Source: Spirochaetia bacterium (GTDB taxonomy: Bacteria; Spirochaetota; Spirochaetia; CADAEX01). From it: 64,000 nt of DNA. The position numbers and the translations under genes are program-made. Position 1 is the stretch's first letter; each line of letters opens with the position of its first letter. This document shows positions 59,671 through 64,000 of this stretch, one piece after another. The stretch covers positions 2,816,001 through 2,880,000 of the forward strand of contig OY759746.1 of assembly GCA_963662795.1 (NCBI GenBank), given 5' to 3'. A model generated the notes under the pieces. That model made no database searches, had not been told where the DNA came from, and saw nothing but the letters and a program-made list of their open reading frames with translations.

Positions 59671-61695
59671 TTATCTGGAGTTATTCGTATTCATATTCTG
59701 GATAGAGGCCGATGTTTTTTCAAGGTCCTGAAGAGAGCCTTCCATCATTCCGTATTTCCTTTTTAGATCCTGTTCGGTTTTGACAAGTTTTTTATTATAA
59801 TTTGTAATATCAGTTTCTGTTCTGCTTATGCTGCGGTCAATGGTACCTGTTTTAAGTGATATGATTCCGCCTGTTTCATTATATGCTTTTAAATAATTAT
59901 CAAGCTCATAGGCAAGCCCTGAATCAGTTATAAGGTCGGAATCCGTGTCATAACCAAACAGATTCTTTAGAATTGTACCGTTTGCTTCAATCTCCGCGTC
60001 AAGTTTCTCTTCATTTATTTCAAGATATCCCCGCAATTTGGAAGCGGCTCTGGATCCTGGAGCGCCGGTATTGGTAGAAATACCAAGCTGTGCAAGTATT
60101 GTCATCTTGTTGTCGTCATTCCATGGATAGGCATTAGTCATTATCCTCTGCAGGCGGTCCCTTAGTTGTGTCAGTGAAATTTCTCCCTGCAGAATACCCA
60201 TTCTCTCTTTAGCCGATTTTCTCTCTTCATCGGAAAAATATTCAATCTCATTGATAATATCTTCATTGTTACGTGAAAGAATCTGCACTTCCGCCATCAG
60301 ATTGTTATAGTATCCTACAAGCTCAATAATTGAGTTTTTTATGTTTTCCGTATCCGGTTTTATTTCAATTTCGGTTTTTCTCTCACCGGGAGCCTTGAGA
60401 TTAAGTGTAACTCCGGGTATCAGGTCATCAACAGTGTTTGATGCCCTTGTAATTTTTATACCGTCTATTTCAAGTTCGGCATCGGCAGCTTTTGATGCAG
60501 GATTGGCCGGTACCAGTTCTCCTCTCTCCTCGGGGTTATATATCCTTATATTTGAAACAGTAAGTTCCCTGTGTGTGTTCCTGTTTCTTAAGTTAAGTGA
60601 TGACAGTGCCCCGCTTAATTCGGAAAGAGGTATTTTAATCTTCTGTGGTTCTTCTGTATCGCTTATCTCGCTGCCTCTGGTTATACCGTTTCCTGCCCCT
60701 AAAAAATATACAGACATATCTGTAATTTTTTCCTGCGGGGGAGGGGGAACCTGATCTGATAACGGGACATCAAAAGGGTTGTTTGTAATTGTAATATCCT
60801 CAAACTGCATTATTCCCGGAGAAGGAAGAACAGGGCCGGAAGAAGGCGCCGGCGCAGCTGAAGCTTCTTCCTCTGAAAGTTTTTTAAGGGTTAAATCAAA
60901 TTCAAGCACCATATTATTTGCAGGAGCAGCGGGCGGCTTGATAGCGATACTCAGTTCCTTTCCGGAAAATAAAGTTAAGGAATTCCCTTCTGCCGCTAAT
61001 GAGTATCCATTCTCATCAATCGGCGCATTCCATCTGCTTATATTGCCGGCTGAAGGGATAATTTCTCTTGCGGATGATTGGGATTTTTCCATTATTCCTG
61101 TTTTAAGCGCAAAATCAGCTGCTTTTTCGCTGAATGAGAGTCTGTTTTCCAACCCCGTTATTTTTGATTCGATCACAAAATAAAGATTATCGCTGTCATA
61201 ATTTATTACGGTTGACTTAATCTGATCCTGACTGTTCTTATTTATAAAGTCAGAAAATTCCCTGATTGTTCCGCCGCGGAAATCCAATTCTATTTTTTTC
61301 TCGCCCACAAGGAAGGTATACCTTCCTTGTTCTACTTTTTCTTTTTTGGAAACAGGACGTGATACAAACCTGTCTGCCTCTGCTATTGCCATAATCCTGA
61401 TATCACGTTTCTCTACAGCTGCATTTCTTTCTGCAGATGCTGTTAAAGATGATTCGTCAGAAGAAAAAACTTTTTTATCCTCAAAAGGATTCTGGAAGCT
61501 GTAAAGTTTACGGGAAGAGTCCCTGAGCGTTGTGAGTTTCCTGTTTAGATCAAGCCATGTCTGTTTTTGTTTTTTACTAAGCTCATTTTTTTCTTCAAGC
61601 CTCTCCAGCGGAATACGCTCGACTTTCATGAGTCCTTCGATAATTTTATCTGAATTGATTTTACTTGTTACGCCGGGGATTGATATATCAGACAT
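59671..61695 (-). CDS. fliD: Flagellar filament cap protein
   Basis: MSDISIPG...IIEGLMKVERIPL, DA.LEIDGIKITRASNTVDDLIPGVTLNL, LAQLGIST, G.LEINEEKL, LKRKYGMME. Confidence 0.94.
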   Translation of the reverse strand: MSDISIPGVTSKINSDKIIEGLMKVERIPLERLEEKNELSKKQKQTWLDLNRKLTTLRDSSRKLYSFQNPFEDKKVFSSDESSLTASAERNAAVEKRDIRIMAIAEADRFVSRPVSKKEKVEQGRYTFLVGEKKIELDFRGGTIREFSDFINKNSQDQIKSTVINYDSDNLYFVIESKITGLENRLSFSEKAADFALKTGIMEKSQSSAREIIPSAGNISRWNAPIDENGYSLAAEGNSLTLFSGKELSIAIKPPAAPANNMVLEFDLTLKKLSEEEASAAPAPSSGPVLPSPGIMQFEDITITNNPFDVPLSDQVPPPPQEKITDMSVYFLGAGNGITRGSEISDTEEPQKIKIPLSELSGALSSLNLRNRNTHRELTVSNIRIYNPEERGELVPANPASKAADAELEIDGIKITRASNTVDDLIPGVTLNLKAPGERKTEIEIKPDTENIKNSIIELVGYYNNLMAEVQILSRNNEDIINEIEYFSDEERKSAKERMGILQGEISLTQLRDRLQRIMTNAYPWNDDNKMTILAQLGISTNTGAPGSRAASKLRGYLEINEEKLDAEIEANGTILKNLFGYDTDSDLITDSGLAYELDNYLKAYNETGGIISLKTGTIDRSISRTETDITNYNKKLVKTEQDLKRKYGMMEGSLQDLEKTSASIQNMNTNNSR

Positions 61696-61722
61696 CCAGG
61701 TTTATTTATCCCCTCCCGCATA

Positions 61723-62118
61723 CTAAATCTGTTCGTCTATCAATAAACCTATCTGTTCCTTGAGACGCGCCTGCAGTCTTTGAATTGCCTCAGGAGGGAT
61801 CTCCTTAATAACTTTATCGGTGGATTTATCGATCACTTTAACCATAACCTGATCAGTCTCATTGTTGATCGAATACTTGAGATCTCTGTTCAGCAGTGAA
61901 GCATCTCTGATAATCCTGCTCATATATCTTTCAATTTCCTCTTTGGAAACTGTATTTGTTTTTGACTGCTGTATTTTTTCCGCTTCGGCAGCAGCTTCTT
62001 TTGCAGCTTCTTTAACAGCTTCATTCTGCTGTGCGTGCAAAACCTGTGCAGGATTAGGTTTATTCTGGTTCTGAACTGGCGGCTGATTACCTATTCGTCC
62101 CTGAATATCCAGTTCCAT
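61723..62118 (-). CDS. flaG: Flagellar protein FlaG
   Basis: LKYSIN.ET....VKVIDK.T.KVIKEIPPE...GLLIDEQI; lies between flagellin and fliD. Confidence 0.92.
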   Translation of the reverse strand: MELDIQGRIGNQPPVQNQNKPNPAQVLHAQQNEAVKEAAKEAAAEAEKIQQSKTNTVSKEEIERYMSRIIRDASLLNRDLKYSINNETDQVMVKVIDKSTDKVIKEIPPEAIQRLQARLKEQIGLLIDEQI

Positions 62119-62133
62119 AGTTTTTTACCTCTT

Positions 62134-62231
62134 AAAAAAGCGGGAGAGAGGCGCGATCTCCCCCTGTTGTCTGTATGAGAAGATGACGTCCAGATCTCTT
62201 CTCAAAAATAATTAAAATAACACGTGTTATT
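62134..62231 (-). terminator. Stem-loop cluster and terminator downstream of flagellin
   Basis: 16-bp palindrome at 62216-62231, TGAGAAGA/TCTTCTCA hairpin at 62176-62204, and a G/C-rich hairpin plus T run at 62134-62164. Confidence 0.6.
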
Positions 62232-62243
62232 CACTTCATGGGC

Positions 62244-63095
62244 TTAAAGAAGCTGAAGTACAGACTGGGACTTTGTGTTGGCCTGTGCCAGCATTGCTGT
62301 GCCGGCCTGATTCAATATCATGTTTTTCACGTATTGAACCATTTCGCCTGCCATATCCACGTCCCTTATTCTTGATTCTGCGGCCTGCATGTTCTCGGCA
62401 GCAATAGCAATACCCTTGGAAGCCATTTCAAACCTGTTCTGGTAAGCTCCAAGATCTGCTCTCTGCTTGTTTACAGCTTTTAACGCGTTATCAAGAACAC
62501 CGATTGACATATTTGCAGATTCAGGTGTTGAAATTGAAATCATGCCGTTCGGATTCTGTTCACTTATAAGTCCCAGTGCCTGAGCTGTCATGGTCTGGAT
62601 GAAAATAGTTTCCAACTGGTCCATATTCGCCCCTACCTGAAGACTCATTACGTTTGCTGTATCATTTGCTTTTGAAAATGCTCCGGTAAGTATGTTAAGG
62701 CCGTTAAACTGTGCATGCGATGCAATTCTGTTAACTTCATCAACAAGCTGTGAAACCTCAACCTGGATCTGCATCCTGTCTTCTGCGGTATAAATACCGT
62801 TTGCAGCCTGTACGGAAAGCTCTCTTACCCTGTGTAGAATATCCTGAGTTTCCTGAAGATATCCTTCCGAGGTCTGGATAAAAGAAACACCATTCTGGAT
62901 ATTCCTTTCAGCCTGATTAAGTCCCCGTATCTGGCTTCTCAGTTTTTCTGATACTGCAAGTCCAGAGGCATCATCGCCAGCTTTGTTAATTTTCATGCCT
63001 GAACTCAGTTTTTCAATATTTTTGCCCAATTCTGAGCCTGAAACACCGAGCTGCCTGTTGGCATACATTGCACTCATGTTGTGATTAATAATCAT
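62244..63095 (-). CDS. flaB: Periplasmic flagellar core flagellin FlaB
   Basis: [53 protein letters not shown]; AAGGAGGGG RBS. Confidence 0.96.
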   Translation of the reverse strand: MIINHNMSAMYANRQLGVSGSELGKNIEKLSSGMKINKAGDDASGLAVSEKLRSQIRGLNQAERNIQNGVSFIQTSEGYLQETQDILHRVRELSVQAANGIYTAEDRMQIQVEVSQLVDEVNRIASHAQFNGLNILTGAFSKANDTANVMSLQVGANMDQLETIFIQTMTAQALGLISEQNPNGMISISTPESANMSIGVLDNALKAVNKQRADLGAYQNRFEMASKGIAIAAENMQAAESRIRDVDMAGEMVQYVKNMILNQAGTAMLAQANTKSQSVLQLL

Positions 63096-63097
63096 AG

Positions 63098-63136
63098 CCC
63101 CTCCTTGAATTCTAATAGAAGGCATCCTTTGCCTTC
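63098..63136 (-). promoter_or_regulatory. Putative CsrA-binding sites in the flaB leader
   Basis: Hairpin GAAGGCA-AAGGA-TGCCTTC (63118-63136) has GGA in the loop; a second AAGGA forms the RBS. Confidence 0.75.
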
Positions 63137-63270
63137 CTTAATGATAACCTTTTTCCGGGGCAGCTGCAGAAGCTTCACGCGCCGCTTTTGAGTTGCACCA
63201 GTTAAAGGAACATCTCTCTCCCAATGGGAGGTGTTCCCAAAGTTATTCACGATAAACAAGGAGTTTATTT

Positions 63271-63312
63271 CAAAGAACAACAGGGCAGCCCTGTCCCGCA
63301 GGGAGGCTGCCC
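63271..63312 (-). terminator. Terminator after the upstream flaB
   Basis: GGGCAGCC ... GGCTGCCC stem followed by TGTTGTTCTTT on the minus strand. Confidence 0.7.
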
Positions 63313-63344
63313 ATTCTTTATGTATTATTATATATAATAATACT

Positions 63345-64000
63345 CTATCCCAGTAATTGCAATACTGATTGTGACTTCGTGTTGGCCTGTGCCAGCATTG
63401 CAGTTCCTGCCTGGATAAGGATCTGGTTCTTCACATAGTCAACCATTTCCTTTGCCATGTCCACATCCCGGATCCTTGATTCGGCAGCCTGAAGGTTTTC
63501 AGCGCCTACATCAATACCTTTTATTGCTGTATCAAGTCTGTTCTGGTATGCACCGAGGTCTGCTCTCTGTTTATTGATCTTTTTAAGAGCTCCGTCGATT
63601 ATACCAATAGACATGTTGGCATTATCAGGTGTTGATAATGTAAGAATCGTGTCATCTCCAACATTCCTGACGCCCAGGCCTTTTGCTGTCATTGTACCGA
63701 TGAAAACCCTTTCCCTCTGATCCATGTTTGACCCGATATGCAGCCACATTGAAGCAGTCACAGTATTCTGGCCGCTCTCTCTTGCGAACCTTCCGGTAAG
63801 CATGTTAAGGCCGTTAAACTGTGCATGTGACGCAATTCTGTCAATTTCATCGATAAGCTGTGAAACCTCAACCTGGATCTGCATTCTGTCTTCTGCTGTG
63901 TAAATACCGTTCGAAGACTGTACTGCAAGTTCTCTCATCCTGTGCATAATGTCCTGGGTTTCCTGGAGATATCCTTCCGAGGTCTGGATAAAAGAAATAC
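63345..64000 (-). CDS. flaB: Second FlaB flagellin, 5' end outside the window
   Basis: Frame is open to the window edge ([20 protein letters not shown]...); [27 protein letters not shown]. Confidence 0.95.
   Translation of the reverse strand, partial: ISFIQTSEGYLQETQDIMHRMRELAVQSSNGIYTAEDRMQIQVEVSQLIDEIDRIASHAQFNGLNMLTGRFARESGQNTVTASMWLHIGSNMDQRERVFIGTMTAKGLGVRNVGDDTILTLSTPDNANMSIGIIDGALKKINKQRADLGAYQNRLDTAIKGIDVGAENLQAAESRIRDVDMAKEMVDYVKNQILIQAGTAMLAQANTKSQSVLQLLG

Noticed and set aside
63096-63344. c-di-GMP riboswitch, or the 62-aa ORF, in the inter-flagellin region
   Set aside because: No GEMM-type motif was recognised; the hairpins are explained by a terminator and a CsrA site; the ORF has no convincing RBS or protein features.

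Overview
Core chromosome of a free-living-type spirochete (Spirochaetia), judged from FlaB-type flagellins, FliW-CsrA, a P83/100 homologue and a FemAB enzyme. About 55 CDS are supported: cell wall (mrdA, rodA, murD, femAB, nagZ), translation and RNA modification (metG, rlmD-like, rlmI-like, tsaE, tsaB, ABC-F), hflKC, dxs, dinB, trxB, and two flagellar clusters (flgN-flgK-flgL-fliW-csrA; flaB-flaB-flaG-fliD-hyp-PilZ-hyp-tsaE-tsaB-HD-GYP). One accessory block (about 6.5-15.5 kb) holds a TRAP transporter whose dctQ is split by a complete IS1182-family element, a Zn alcohol dehydrogenase, a frameshifted chemoreceptor with no signalling tip, and a LysR regulator. Reading the DNA added items missing from the ORF track: a 30-aa bS22-like ribosomal protein, a 56-aa 2[4Fe-4S] ferredoxin, a CTG-initiated full-length tsaE, a 24-bp motif shared (22/24) by two promoters 21.7 kb apart, several apparently leaderless genes, and an IS-end promoter that may restart the interrupted operon. 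No rRNA, tRNA, CRISPR array, prophage or defence system was recognised. All family calls come from motifs read by eye; no searches were run.
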